Shown here one piece after another: positions 50,231 through 59,845 of a stretch of 64,000 nucleotides of DNA; positions within the stretch are counted from its first letter, which is position 1, and each line of letters starts with the position of its first letter. The notes beneath the pieces are model-generated. The model did not search any database, was not told the origin of the DNA, and saw only the letters and a program-made list of their open reading frames with translations. The translations under genes and the position numbers were made by a program. The DNA comes from an uncultured delta proteobacterium (GTDB taxonomy: Bacteria; Desulfobacterota; Binatia; Binatales; Binataceae). The DNA is taken from assembly GCA_963743865.1 (NCBI GenBank), contig CAVURG010000006.1, positions 163,188 through 227,187 of the forward strand, written 5' to 3'.

Positions 50231-51340
50231 CTAGTTGAACATCAACACAGTGCGCGCGACCTCGCCGGCCTTCATGGCGCGGAACGCCTCGTTGACGTCC
50301 TCGAGCTTGCCGCGGCGGCTGATCATGTCGTCGAGATTGAGGCGGCCCTGCATGTAGAAGTCGATGTAACGGGGCATGTCGATGCGGAATCGGTTCGAGC
50401 CCATGTTGGAGCCTTGCAGCTTGCGCTCGGTCAGAAACATGTAGCCGTCGATTTCGACCTTCTGGCCGACGGGAATCATGCCGATCACGGTCGCAGTGCC
50501 GCCGGCCTTGAGCGAGTTGAACGCCTGCTCGGCGGCCTTCTTGAGTCCGATCGCTTCAAACGAGTAGTCAACGCCGCCGCCGGTCATTTTTCGGATTTCA
50601 TCGACGGGATCGCTGTTCGACGCGTCAACGGTGTCGGTCGCTCCCATCCGCCTGGCCATCGCGAGCTTGCCCTCGAACATATCGACCGCGATTATTTTGC
50701 GCGCGCCCGCGATCCGCGCGCCCTGGATCGCGGCGAGTCCGACGCCGCCCGCGCCGAAGACCGCGACCGTCGAGCCGGCTTCGATCTTCGCGGTATTGAG
50801 CACCGCGCCGACGCCGGTGGTGACGCCGCATCCGATCAACGCCGCGCGATCCAGCGGCAGGTCCTCGCGAATCTTCACCACCGCATTCTCATGCAGCAGC
50901 ATCTTCTCGCAGTAAGACGAGATGTCCAGGAACTGAAAGACCGGCTTGCCCTTCTGCGAGATGCGCGGCTTGTCCTGGGGGTTGCGCTGGGTGGCGACCT
51001 TGTTCGTGCATCGATTCGGATGGCCCGACATGCATTGCTCGCAGTTGCCGCAGAACACCGACAGGCAGCAGATCACGTGATCGCCGGGCTTGACGTAGGT
51101 TACCTGTTTGCCGACTTCTTCGATGATTCCGGCGGCCTCGTGGCCGAGCACCGCGGGCGCAGGGTACGGGTATAAGCCGTCAACGAAATGCAGATCGCTG
51201 TGGCATACGCCGCTGGCGACGGTTTTGATCAGGACTTCGCGGTCTGCGGTTGTCGAGACTTCGCGGTCCTGCGGTTTGTCGAGTTCGACGTCCTCGATGC
51301 TGAGCGGCAAATTGGGCCCGTGGAAAACGGCGGCTTTCAT
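50231..51340 (-). CDS. Zn-dependent alcohol dehydrogenase (tandem paralog)
   Basis: GVCHSD, VLGHEAAG, CGNCEQC..GHPNRC, LIGCGVTTG, FGAGGVG; C-terminus identical to the neighbour (KLEDVNEAFRAMKAGEVARTVLMF). Confidence 0.92.
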   Translation of the reverse strand: MKAAVFHGPNLPLSIEDVELDKPQDREVSTTADREVLIKTVASGVCHSDLHFVDGLYPYPAPAVLGHEAAGIIEEVGKQVTYVKPGDHVICCLSVFCGNCEQCMSGHPNRCTNKVATQRNPQDKPRISQKGKPVFQFLDISSYCEKMLLHENAVVKIREDLPLDRAALIGCGVTTGVGAVLNTAKIEAGSTVAVFGAGGVGLAAIQGARIAGARKIIAVDMFEGKLAMARRMGATDTVDASNSDPVDEIRKMTGGGVDYSFEAIGLKKAAEQAFNSLKAGGTATVIGMIPVGQKVEIDGYMFLTERKLQGSNMGSNRFRIDMPRYIDFYMQGRLNLDDMISRRGKLEDVNEAFRAMKAGEVARTVLMFN

Positions 51341-51497
51341 TCTGAGTGCTCCTTGAGTGTGGCGATAGTATTGGCTGCACGCGCGGGCAGCGAAAAATGA
51401 AAAACGTCCTGCACCGCGCGAGCGCCGTGGCGATTACCTTACTACCACACTGGCGGCGCATTTCCAGTGCGGGGCTTCCAGGCGCCGATGGATGGAA

Positions 51498-53084
51498 CTA
51501 CGGAAACATAGCCGGCCGGGCTGTGCCCGGGAACGGAACACCCTTGAGCCGGGCGGCAGCTGAGTTCGCGCGCGCGTACAGCCGGGCCGTGTCGTCGCTA
51601 TAGATGAGCCGCCAATCCTCGCGCGAGTCCATCAGGTTGCGTGCCCCAATGTCCGGCGCAATCAGCACGTAGTCGGTCGGATATTTGGTCAACGCCGCAT
51701 CGGCGCCCGCCTGGTTGTAGGTGAACACGAAAAACTTCTTCAGCACGTCTTGCGGATAGACCGTGTCGTAGCGCCCGTCCATGAATACTTTCGAGTCCGG
51801 CCCCAAGCGCCAAATCAGGTACTCGCCCCATGAAAACAGCCCAAGCACGTTGCCCTTGAGATCGTGATCCTTCATGAATGCGCAGGCACTGACGGGATAC
51901 GGATCGAAGGACGTGAGCCGATTCGAGAAGAGACCGCTGGACCACAGGATTGCCAGCGCGAGCATCGCAAGTATCGCCTGGTTAAGCCGCGGCGAGGGCC
52001 GCGCCGCTCGAGGATCGTCGCAAATCGCAGGCCATCGGCGCTCGAGCGCTCGCGGCAGATGACGCGCGAGTGGCGCGATAATCGCGATCACCGCAACCGG
52101 TATGTTGCGCACCGAAATGAACGCCGCCGCGGACATCACGGCTGCTATCGCGATCAGCGGGAGATCGTTCTTCGATGGGCTCAAGATGAACGAAACGGCC
52201 AGCGCCGCCATCGGGACAATCCCGAGCACCAGGTAGGTCGGGCCGACCGCCTGGGAATGCCAACTCGCGACGATTGCTTTCAAAAGCGGCTGCCAATCGA
52301 CCATTACGATCCGCGTGTACGGATTGAACAACGCATGAAGTACCGCACGCCATGCGCCGAATCCGTATGGGTTCACCAGCGTCGCGAGTATCGATAACGC
52401 CGTAATCGCACCGAGCCGAATTGCACGTGCGATGCCGCGGTGATCGACGACATCCTGCACGCCGGACACCGCGCTATAGATGGCGAGCGTCGCGATTCCG
52501 AGGATGAATCCGCCGTGCAGATTGGCCCACACTGCAAGCATCGGAACCGCCAGCCATAGCGGCGAGGCGCGGCGGCCATAAACCTCGCGCGTGAGCATAT
52601 GGATGAGCGCGCTCAGCAGGACGAAGCTGAAGAGCTGCGGCCGGAATTGCACATACGGCGCGATCGCCAGGGCAGAAACCAGCAGGATTGCGAACTGGAT
52701 CAGTGGCGGTGCGCCGGTCTCGCTTTCCGAAGCGGCGAGAAAGACAACGATCAGGGCCGCACACCCAAGTTTCATCAGCTTGAGGCCGAAGACGCCCAGA
52801 TGATTGTAGAGCGTCCCCATTATCAACTCGCTTGACCATTCGTGATTGAGCCACAGATGGCCCGGTGCGGAATATGAATACGGATCGCGCCACACGATGT
52901 GTCCCGCGCTGAGCACGGCCTGCCCGAAGCGGACGTGACCCCACAGATCCGGGTCGGCGAGGCGGTTCAAGTCGGCGATGGCAATCGCGACCAGGATCAG
53001 CGCCGGGGAGTAGCGAAACAGCGACGCGACGGCGGACCGTGCGGGCTGCGACGATTCGGAAGTAAGGGAGGATTCAGGCGTCAC
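51498..53084 (-). CDS. polytopic membrane protein, GT-C-like family, paralog 1
   Basis: GTG start after GGAG. ADPDLWGH, WLNHEW, RPQLF, WANLHGGF, DWQP, FMDGRYD..YP. Confidence 0.7.
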   Translation of the reverse strand: MTPESSLTSESSQPARSAVASLFRYSPALILVAIAIADLNRLADPDLWGHVRFGQAVLSAGHIVWRDPYSYSAPGHLWLNHEWSSELIMGTLYNHLGVFGLKLMKLGCAALIVVFLAASESETGAPPLIQFAILLVSALAIAPYVQFRPQLFSFVLLSALIHMLTREVYGRRASPLWLAVPMLAVWANLHGGFILGIATLAIYSAVSGVQDVVDHRGIARAIRLGAITALSILATLVNPYGFGAWRAVLHALFNPYTRIVMVDWQPLLKAIVASWHSQAVGPTYLVLGIVPMAALAVSFILSPSKNDLPLIAIAAVMSAAAFISVRNIPVAVIAIIAPLARHLPRALERRWPAICDDPRAARPSPRLNQAILAMLALAILWSSGLFSNRLTSFDPYPVSACAFMKDHDLKGNVLGLFSWGEYLIWRLGPDSKVFMDGRYDTVYPQDVLKKFFVFTYNQAGADAALTKYPTDYVLIAPDIGARNLMDSREDWRLIYSDDTARLYARANSAAARLKGVPFPGTARPAMFP

Positions 53085-53104
53085 GATGGCTCCGGCGTCA
53101 GGCC

Positions 53105-54667
53105 TCAAGGAAATTGCCGGTGATGGTGCGGTCCCGACTCGGAAACTGCGGGAATATTCGCGGCGTCGGATCCCTTGCGCGCGTACAGCACGGCGACCGG
53201 ATCTGAGTAGATGAGCCGCCAATCGTGCTCGGAAGCCATCAGCTTCGCGCTCGGCGAATCTCTCACAGCCAGGACGAAATCATGCGGATACGCCGCCAGC
53301 ATATGCGATCCGCCGGCCATGTTGTTGGCGAACTCAAGGTAGTCCTGAACCACTGCGGGAGGATAGGCCAGGTCATAACGGCTGTCGATGAAGACTTTAG
53401 TGCCTGGCGCGCCATGCCAAATGACGTACTGACCCCATGCGTAGTCAGCCAGCACGTTTCCGGTGAGCCGATGGCTGTTCATGAAGTTGACCGCATCAAC
53501 AGGATTGTCGGATGCGTCTATGCCGGGCGACAGAATTCCGCTGTACCGCGCGAGCCCGATGGCGGCGACCGCGACCAGGATATCAACGACCAACCGGCCC
53601 GCACGCGGCATCGTACGAGCGCTCGAAGCCGGCGCGGCGGTGGCCTCGCGCGGCCGGACGAGCAAGCCCAGGTGGTTCGCAAACACAGGAGCGATCGCAA
53701 TCGCCGCAATCGGGATGTTGCGGACGGCCGCGAAGGCTGCCGCGAGCATTACGGCGGCGACCGCGACCAGCGGCGCGTCCGCAGCTTTCGGTGTGAGAAC
53801 AACCGATACGGCGGCGGCGGCAAAAAAGAAAAGCACCAGGACGAAATACTTCTTATCGACGCTCCCGCTGTGCGCGGCCGTCAGAGCAGCTATCAGCGGT
53901 TTCCAATCCAAAATCGCGTAATGCGTCATCGGGTTCAGGATCGAGCGGATCAGCGTGTACCAAGTGTCGCGCGCGGGCGGGATTAGAAACGTGCACAAAG
54001 TAGATGCGGCCGCGGCGGCGGCAATTGCAACAATGCCAAGCCCGCGGCGCGGACCGTGGCCCGCAAGGATGTCAGACAGGAGAGCAGTTGCTCCATACAC
54101 GCCGATCGCGACGAGGCCTATAAAAAATCCGCCGTGGAGATTGCTCCAAATCGCGACGATCGGGATCGCAATCCAGAGCCTCGCGGAACCGCGCCAGTTG
54201 TGACGGGCGAGTAGCGCGATAATCGCTGACAGCGCGACGAAATCGAAAAGCTGCGGCCGAAACTGCATCACCGGCGCCAGGATCAGCGCCACGACCAACA
54301 GGATTGCCGACTGCACGAATGCTGGCGCCGCGGATTCGGACTCAGCGAGAACAATAAGGCAGATAGTGCCGGCCGTGCACGTGAACTTGAGCAGCTTGAG
54401 GCCGAACGGGCCGAACTTGTCGAACATCGCGGCCATCAGGACTTCGCTCAACCATTCATGACGCAGCCACGGGTAGCCCGGCGCCGAATACGAATAGGGA
54501 TTGCCGTGCGGCAACGAGCCATGAGCAAGGAGCTCGCGGCCCCACAGAACGTGTCCCCACAGATCGGGGTCGCTGAGCTGGCGGGCGTCCGCAATCACGA
54601 TCGCGAACAGGATCAGCGCCGGGGAGTAGCGCCACAGCGAGACGCGAGCGGGATTGGCGTCCACCAT
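53105..54667 (-). CDS. polytopic membrane protein, GT-C-like family, paralog 2
   Basis: SDPDLWGH, WLRHEW, RPQLF, WSNLHGGF, DWKP, FIDSRYD..YP. Confidence 0.7.
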   Translation of the reverse strand: MVDANPARVSLWRYSPALILFAIVIADARQLSDPDLWGHVLWGRELLAHGSLPHGNPYSYSAPGYPWLRHEWLSEVLMAAMFDKFGPFGLKLLKFTCTAGTICLIVLAESESAAPAFVQSAILLVVALILAPVMQFRPQLFDFVALSAIIALLARHNWRGSARLWIAIPIVAIWSNLHGGFFIGLVAIGVYGATALLSDILAGHGPRRGLGIVAIAAAAAASTLCTFLIPPARDTWYTLIRSILNPMTHYAILDWKPLIAALTAAHSGSVDKKYFVLVLFFFAAAAVSVVLTPKAADAPLVAVAAVMLAAAFAAVRNIPIAAIAIAPVFANHLGLLVRPREATAAPASSARTMPRAGRLVVDILVAVAAIGLARYSGILSPGIDASDNPVDAVNFMNSHRLTGNVLADYAWGQYVIWHGAPGTKVFIDSRYDLAYPPAVVQDYLEFANNMAGGSHMLAAYPHDFVLAVRDSPSAKLMASEHDWRLIYSDPVAVLYARKGSDAANIPAVSESGPHHHRQFP

Positions 54668-54676
54668 GGTATCCCG

Positions 54677-56296
54677 TTATACACGCGCGCCGGGGCAGAT
54701 CGTATCGCTGCCGAGACGCGCCTCGCGGACTACGGGAAACATCGCCGGCCCGGCTGTACCCTTGAACGGAACGCCCTCAAGCCGGGCGGCAGGTGAGTTC
54801 GCGCGCGCGTACAGCACGGCGACCGGATCTGAGTAAATGAGCCGCCAATCGCGCTGAGACTCCATCAGCTTCGCGCCCGGTGAATCTCTCTGGACCAACA
54901 CGAAATCATGCGGATATGCCGCCAGCATATGCGATCCGCCGGCCATGTTGTTGGCGAGCTCAAGGTAGTCGCGGATCACCGCGGCGGGATAGCCCTCGTC
55001 GTAGCGGCTGTCGATGAAGACTTTAGTGCCTGGCGCGCCATGCCAAATGACGTACTGGCCCCATTCAAAGGTAGTCAGCACGTTTCCCGTGAGCCGGTGG
55101 CTGTTCATGAAGTTTATGGCGTCGGCGGGATTGTCGGTTGCATCTATGCCGGGCGACAGAATTCCGCTGTACCGCGCGAGCCCGATGGCGGCGACCGCGA
55201 CGAGGATTTCAATGACCAACCGGCCCGCACGGGGCATCGCACGAGCGCTCGCAGCGGGTGCGGCGGTGGTGACCTCGCGCGGCCGCACGAGCAAGCCCAG
55301 GTGGTTCGCAAACACAGGAGCGATCGCAATCGCCGCAATCGGGATGTTGCGGACGGCCGCGAAGGCTGCCGCGAGCATTACGGCGGCGACCGCGACCAGC
55401 GGCGCGTCTGCACCTTTCGGTGTGAGAACGACCGATACGGCGGTGGCGGCAAAAAAGAAAAACACCAAGACGAAATACTTCTTCGCGATGCTCCCGCTAT
55501 CCGCGGTGGTCAGAGCAGCTATCAGCGGTCTCCAATCCGCAATCTGCTTGCGCGTCATCGGGTTCAGGAGCGCGCTGATCAGGAAGGACCAGCTGTCGCG
55601 CGCGGGCGGGATTAGAAACGTGCACAAAGTAGATGCGGCAGCGGCGGCGGCAATCGCTACCACGCCCAGCCCGCGACGTGGACTGCGGCCCGCAAGGATG
55701 TCGGACAGGAGGGTAGTTGCTCCATACACGCCCATCGCAACGAAGCCTATAAAAAATCCACCGTGAAAATTGCTCCAAACCGCTACGATCGGGATCGCAA
55801 TCCATAGCGGCGCCGAACCGCGCCAGTTGTGACGGGCAAGCAGCGCGATAATCGCCGACAGCGCGACGAAATCGAAAAGCTGCGGCCGAAACTGCATCCA
55901 GAGCGCCAGGGTCATCGCCACCAGCAGCAGGATTGCCGCCTGCACGAACGCTGGCGCCGCGGTTTCGGACTCAGCGAGAACAATAAACCAGATAGTGCCG
56001 GCCGCGCAGGTGAACTTGAGCAGCTTCAAGCCGAACGGGCCGAACTTGTCGAACATCGCGGCCATCAGGACTTCGCTCAACCATTCATGACGCAGCCACG
56101 GGTAGCCCGGTGCCGAATACGAATGAGGATTGACGCGCGGCAGCGAGCCATGAGTGAGAAGCTCGCGGCCCCAGAGGACGTGTCCCCAGAGATCGGCACC
56201 GGTGTGCTGGAGTGCGTCTGCGATCACAATCGCGAGCAGGATCAGTGCCGGGGAGTAGCGCAGCAGCGAGACGCGAGCGGGACTGGCGGCCACCAT
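54677..56296 (-). CDS. polytopic membrane protein, GT-C-like family, paralog 3 (true stop probably 54730-54732)
   Basis: GADLWGH, WLRHEW, RPQLF, WSNFHGGF, DWRP, FIDSRYD. TTTCCCGTAG versus paralog 1 TTTCCGTAG suggests that one extra C extends the ORF. Confidence 0.7.
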   Translation of the reverse strand: MVAASPARVSLLRYSPALILLAIVIADALQHTGADLWGHVLWGRELLTHGSLPRVNPHSYSAPGYPWLRHEWLSEVLMAAMFDKFGPFGLKLLKFTCAAGTIWFIVLAESETAAPAFVQAAILLLVAMTLALWMQFRPQLFDFVALSAIIALLARHNWRGSAPLWIAIPIVAVWSNFHGGFFIGFVAMGVYGATTLLSDILAGRSPRRGLGVVAIAAAAAASTLCTFLIPPARDSWSFLISALLNPMTRKQIADWRPLIAALTTADSGSIAKKYFVLVFFFFAATAVSVVLTPKGADAPLVAVAAVMLAAAFAAVRNIPIAAIAIAPVFANHLGLLVRPREVTTAAPAASARAMPRAGRLVIEILVAVAAIGLARYSGILSPGIDATDNPADAINFMNSHRLTGNVLTTFEWGQYVIWHGAPGTKVFIDSRYDEGYPAAVIRDYLELANNMAGGSHMLAAYPHDFVLVQRDSPGAKLMESQRDWRLIYSDPVAVLYARANSPAARLEGVPFKGTAGPAMFPVVREARLGSDTICPGARV

Positions 56297-56444
56297 GGTA
56301 TCGGGCTAGGCGCGTGCGCCGGAGCAGATCGTCTCGTTGCTGAGCCGCACGACGCCGCCGGCTGCCGCATATTCCCGCGCGGACCGGCCTTCTGCCGGCT
56401 TTTCATTTTTCAAATCGTCGGGATTCTGAAGGCTCATCGCAATT

Positions 56445-57926
56445 TCACCTTCGCAGAACCGTTACGCCGCGCAGCCGCATGACCACATCCGGATATTCCT
56501 TTCTATATGACCGGGCGGCATCCGGCGCGAGGTTCTGACGCCCAAGAATCAACACGGCAGGCGCTGATGCTGACTCGCCGTAGCGAACCGCGCGATCGAG
56601 TTGATCGGCGGGGAGATAATATCGGACGACTTCGATCGCATACGCCGGGACAACGGTCATGACCTCGCCGGGTTTGAGCGCGGAGGAGGCGGCCGCAATT
56701 GCTTCGCGATACTGAGCGTCGTGCGGCTTGCGATCGTACGAAACGATATGGCCGGCGGAGAATGCGACTGCGAGCGCAAGCGCGCCGATGCGGACGAGAT
56801 CGCCGGGCAGCTCGAATATCCCCAGCGCGACGAGGATGAAAAACGGAACGAAGCACGACAGCGCGTAACGCTCGACGAACACCGGCGCGATCGTGTATGA
56901 CGCGGCAACCATCGCCACCGGCGGCGCCCACATCCAGAGGAGCGCGAAGCCGACGGCGTCGTGCGCGCCGCGGCGCCATCCGCGGACCGCACCCCAAATC
57001 GCAAGCGCCGCGAGGATCGGGAACGCGAAGCTGCCGGTTGCTTTATTGAATAGCGCGAAGGGCGCGTATAATGCCGGCGGCCTGCGCCATCCGCCGACGC
57101 TCCCGGCCGAGGCCGCGCGCAGAGACGAAAAAAGCTTCGGTACGAGAATCAATCCTGCCGCCGCGAGCGCAATCGCGATCGCCCACCCGCGCCGCGCCTT
57201 CGCATCATCCGGGCGCCATCCCGCGCGCGCGACTACATTCAGCAGCCACAAGCCTTCGGTCGCCGGCACCAGCAATGCGGCGAAGTTCGAGGCGATCGCA
57301 ATTGCCGTCAGAACCACGACCGCCGCGTAATTCGCGAGACCGCCGACGCGAAGCGCACGGAGGAACATCGCTACTTGCGCGAGAACCGCCGCGAGCATCA
57401 GCGGATACATCCGCGCCTCGCGCGAGTACTTGATCGTGACGAGGTTCACGGCAAAGACCAGTGCGCCAAGGCCGGCAATTATCCTGACGTCGTCGCCGGT
57501 CAGCGCCGATTCTCTTTCAGACCCGGGCGCGAACAGTTCGCAGCTGACAAGATAAACCAGCAGTATCGCGACGACGCCGAAGGCCGCCGACATCGCGCGC
57601 ATCGCGACCAGGCTCGATCCGAAAATCGCGATCCATCCATGCAGCATCAAGTCATGTATCGGCAGCTCGCCGGGATTGAGCGCTGGCTGGCGCGCGATCA
57701 CTTCGGCGGCGGTCGGCGCGGAGGCGGCGGCCCATGATGCGCCCTCGTCCGCCGACATCTCGAGCGCGCCGAGATTGTAAAAGCGCAGCGCACCGCCGGC
57801 GGCGAGAGCGACGATGAGCAGGATGAGACTTAGCGCACGGGCCGAAACGATCGGGCGGGGCGTCGTTTGAGCGTGCGGATGATCGCGTGGTTGATCGCGC
57901 TCGCCGGCTTTGGAAGCGGCCGTCAG
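56445..57926 (-). CDS. ArnT/PMT-family (GT39/GT83-like) glycosyltransferase
   Basis: LRFYNLG..EMSADEG, YSREARMYPL, RALSA-like AMRAMSAAFG, ERYALSC. The frame is open back to a CTG at 57926 overlapping the HU stop. Confidence 0.78.
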   Translation of the reverse strand: MTAASKAGERDQPRDHPHAQTTPRPIVSARALSLILLIVALAAGGALRFYNLGALEMSADEGASWAAASAPTAAEVIARQPALNPGELPIHDLMLHGWIAIFGSSLVAMRAMSAAFGVVAILLVYLVSCELFAPGSERESALTGDDVRIIAGLGALVFAVNLVTIKYSREARMYPLMLAAVLAQVAMFLRALRVGGLANYAAVVVLTAIAIASNFAALLVPATEGLWLLNVVARAGWRPDDAKARRGWAIAIALAAAGLILVPKLFSSLRAASAGSVGGWRRPPALYAPFALFNKATGSFAFPILAALAIWGAVRGWRRGAHDAVGFALLWMWAPPVAMVAASYTIAPVFVERYALSCFVPFFILVALGIFELPGDLVRIGALALAVAFSAGHIVSYDRKPHDAQYREAIAAASSALKPGEVMTVVPAYAIEVVRYYLPADQLDRAVRYGESASAPAVLILGRQNLAPDAARSYRKEYPDVVMRLRGVTVLRR

Positions 57927-58192
57927 AGACCCTTCCTTAGCTGCGGCGCCGGACGAAAGCCCACCGTGCGAGCCGCCGGAATGGTCATTGGCGCGTTGGT
58001 GCGTGGATTGAAGCCGGCGCGTGCGCGGCGGCGGCGCACGGAAAAAGTGCCGAAGCCGGGCACCCAGAAGCGCTTGTCCTTGCGAATCGAACGCGCAATT
58101 TGTTCGAATGCGAGGTCCAGGGTGGTGGCGACCAGTTTTTTGGGCTGATCGGTGGACCGGGCGATCGTGTCAATCAATTCGGCTTTGGTCAT
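57923..58192 (-). CDS. hup: HU/IHF-family DNA-binding protein
   Basis: MTKAELIDTIA...VPGFGTFSVRRRRARAGFNPRT..MTIPAARTVGFRPAPQLRK. Confidence 0.92.
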   Translation of the reverse strand: MTKAELIDTIARSTDQPKKLVATTLDLAFEQIARSIRKDKRFWVPGFGTFSVRRRRARAGFNPRTNAPMTIPAARTVGFRPAPQLRKGL

Positions 58193-58214
58193 CGACAAGG
58201 ACCTCCACAAATTC

Positions 58215-59564
58215 CTATAGCCGAAGTGCGCGCGGAGCCATAGCCGCAGGTGGTTCGATTTGATTGCGCTCGATCCACGCGTCGATCGCCGCCAGCGCAC
58301 GCGTCCCCATCTCGATTTTCTTCTCACGGCCTCGCGCGCGGATCTTCAAATCAGGCATCAGGCCGTAGTTCGCGTTCATCGGCTGGAAGTCGCGCCGCGC
58401 GGGATCGGTGATATACGCGATGATCGATCCGACCGCGGTCTCGGGCGGCGGAACGATCAGTTCGCGACTCATCACCAGGTTGGCGGCGTTGATTCCGGCC
58501 AGCAATCCCGCGGCGGCGGACTCGACGTAGCCTTCGACTCCGACCATCTGGCCGGCCAAAAACAAATCGTCGCGCGCCTTGAGCTGGAGGGTGGGACGGA
58601 GCAGGCGTGGCGAGTCGATAAACGTGTTGCGATGGATCGAGCCGAGGCGCACGAACTGCGCCTTGCCCAGTCCGGGGATCATTCGCAGCACGCGGAGCTG
58701 CTCCGGATACGTCATCTTGGTCTGGAATCCGACCATGTTGTACAGCCGGCCGGCGGCGTCGTCCTGCCGCAACTGCACGACCGCAAACGGCCGGCGCCCG
58801 CTATGCGGCTCTGAGAGCCCGACCGGACGCATCGGACCGAATGCGAGAGTCATCGGGCCGCGGCGCGCCATTTCCTCAATCGGCATGCATCCTTCGAAAT
58901 AAACCGGCTTCTCGAATGGGTGCGGTGCGATTTTTTCAGCCGCCACAACCGCCGCGACGAAGGCGTGGTACTGAACATCGGTCATCGGGCAGTTGATGTA
59001 ATCATCGCCGCCCTTGCCATAGCGCGAGGCTTTGAACGCCACGGCCATGTCGATCGAATCGGCGGCGACGATTGGCGCGATCGCGTCGTAGAAATATAAG
59101 TTGCGCGCACCGATCAGGCGGTTCAGCGACTCGCCCAGCGCCGGGCTGGTTAGAGGACCGGTGGCGAGAATGGTCAGCCCGCCAGGTATCTCCGACGCCT
59201 CGACACGTGAGATCTCCACCAGCGGATGATCCTCGAGCGCCACGGTGATGGCGCGCGAGAAGTCGTTGCGATCGACGGCGAGTGCGGAACCCGCCGGCAC
59301 CCGCGCGCGATCGGCGGCCGCAATCACCAGCGAGCCAAGCCGGCGCATCTCTTCTTTCAGCACGCCGACGGCGGTCTCCATCGAATCGTTGCGCAGCGAA
59401 TTCGAGCACACCAGCTCCGCAAAATCCGCGGTCCGATGCGCTTCGGTCATTTTGACCGGCCGCATCTCGACCAGGCGCACGGCAATACCCCTGCGCGCGA
59501 GCTGGTAGGCGGCCTCGCTGCCCGCGAGTCCCGCTCCGACCACGGTGACCTGGCTTTCACTCAT
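58215..59564 (-). CDS. trmFO: tRNA (uracil-54 C5)-methyltransferase, FAD/folate-dependent
   Basis: VGAGLAGSEAAYQLA, AELVCSNSL, ATGPLTS, FYDAIAP, YNMVGFQT, GSIHRNTFI, AGQM.GVEGYVES, FQPMNANYGL. Confidence 0.96.
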   Translation of the reverse strand: MSESQVTVVGAGLAGSEAAYQLARRGIAVRLVEMRPVKMTEAHRTADFAELVCSNSLRNDSMETAVGVLKEEMRRLGSLVIAAADRARVPAGSALAVDRNDFSRAITVALEDHPLVEISRVEASEIPGGLTILATGPLTSPALGESLNRLIGARNLYFYDAIAPIVAADSIDMAVAFKASRYGKGGDDYINCPMTDVQYHAFVAAVVAAEKIAPHPFEKPVYFEGCMPIEEMARRGPMTLAFGPMRPVGLSEPHSGRRPFAVVQLRQDDAAGRLYNMVGFQTKMTYPEQLRVLRMIPGLGKAQFVRLGSIHRNTFIDSPRLLRPTLQLKARDDLFLAGQMVGVEGYVESAAAGLLAGINAANLVMSRELIVPPPETAVGSIIAYITDPARRDFQPMNANYGLMPDLKIRARGREKKIEMGTRALAAIDAWIERNQIEPPAAMAPRALRL

Positions 59565-59845
59565 CGGGAATTGCCGCCTGAACAGGAGCCTGGATGCGGC
59601 GAGACGAGATCGTGGTGTTTTTCTGACTGATCGAATGGGGCCGGAAAGAGCAATTTATACCATCAATTGTGGTTTTGGGACGGCTGGCCTCCAGGGCTAG
59701 CTTTGTTCCGACAAAAGCTATGTCTGCCGAAAGCCGACCTCGCCCGATTTTGGGCGAGCCGGGCGAGTACGGGATATCCTGGCGGTTGACCATAGCGTAC
59801 GCATAGCACACCAAATCCGGTGGGGGCAGGCTGAATAGTTCATCC

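Noticed and set aside
54677-54729. C-terminal extension VVREARLGSDTICPGARV of GT-C paralog 3 as a functional feature
   Set aside because: Explained by one extra C relative to the paralog 1 stop context; probably intergenic.
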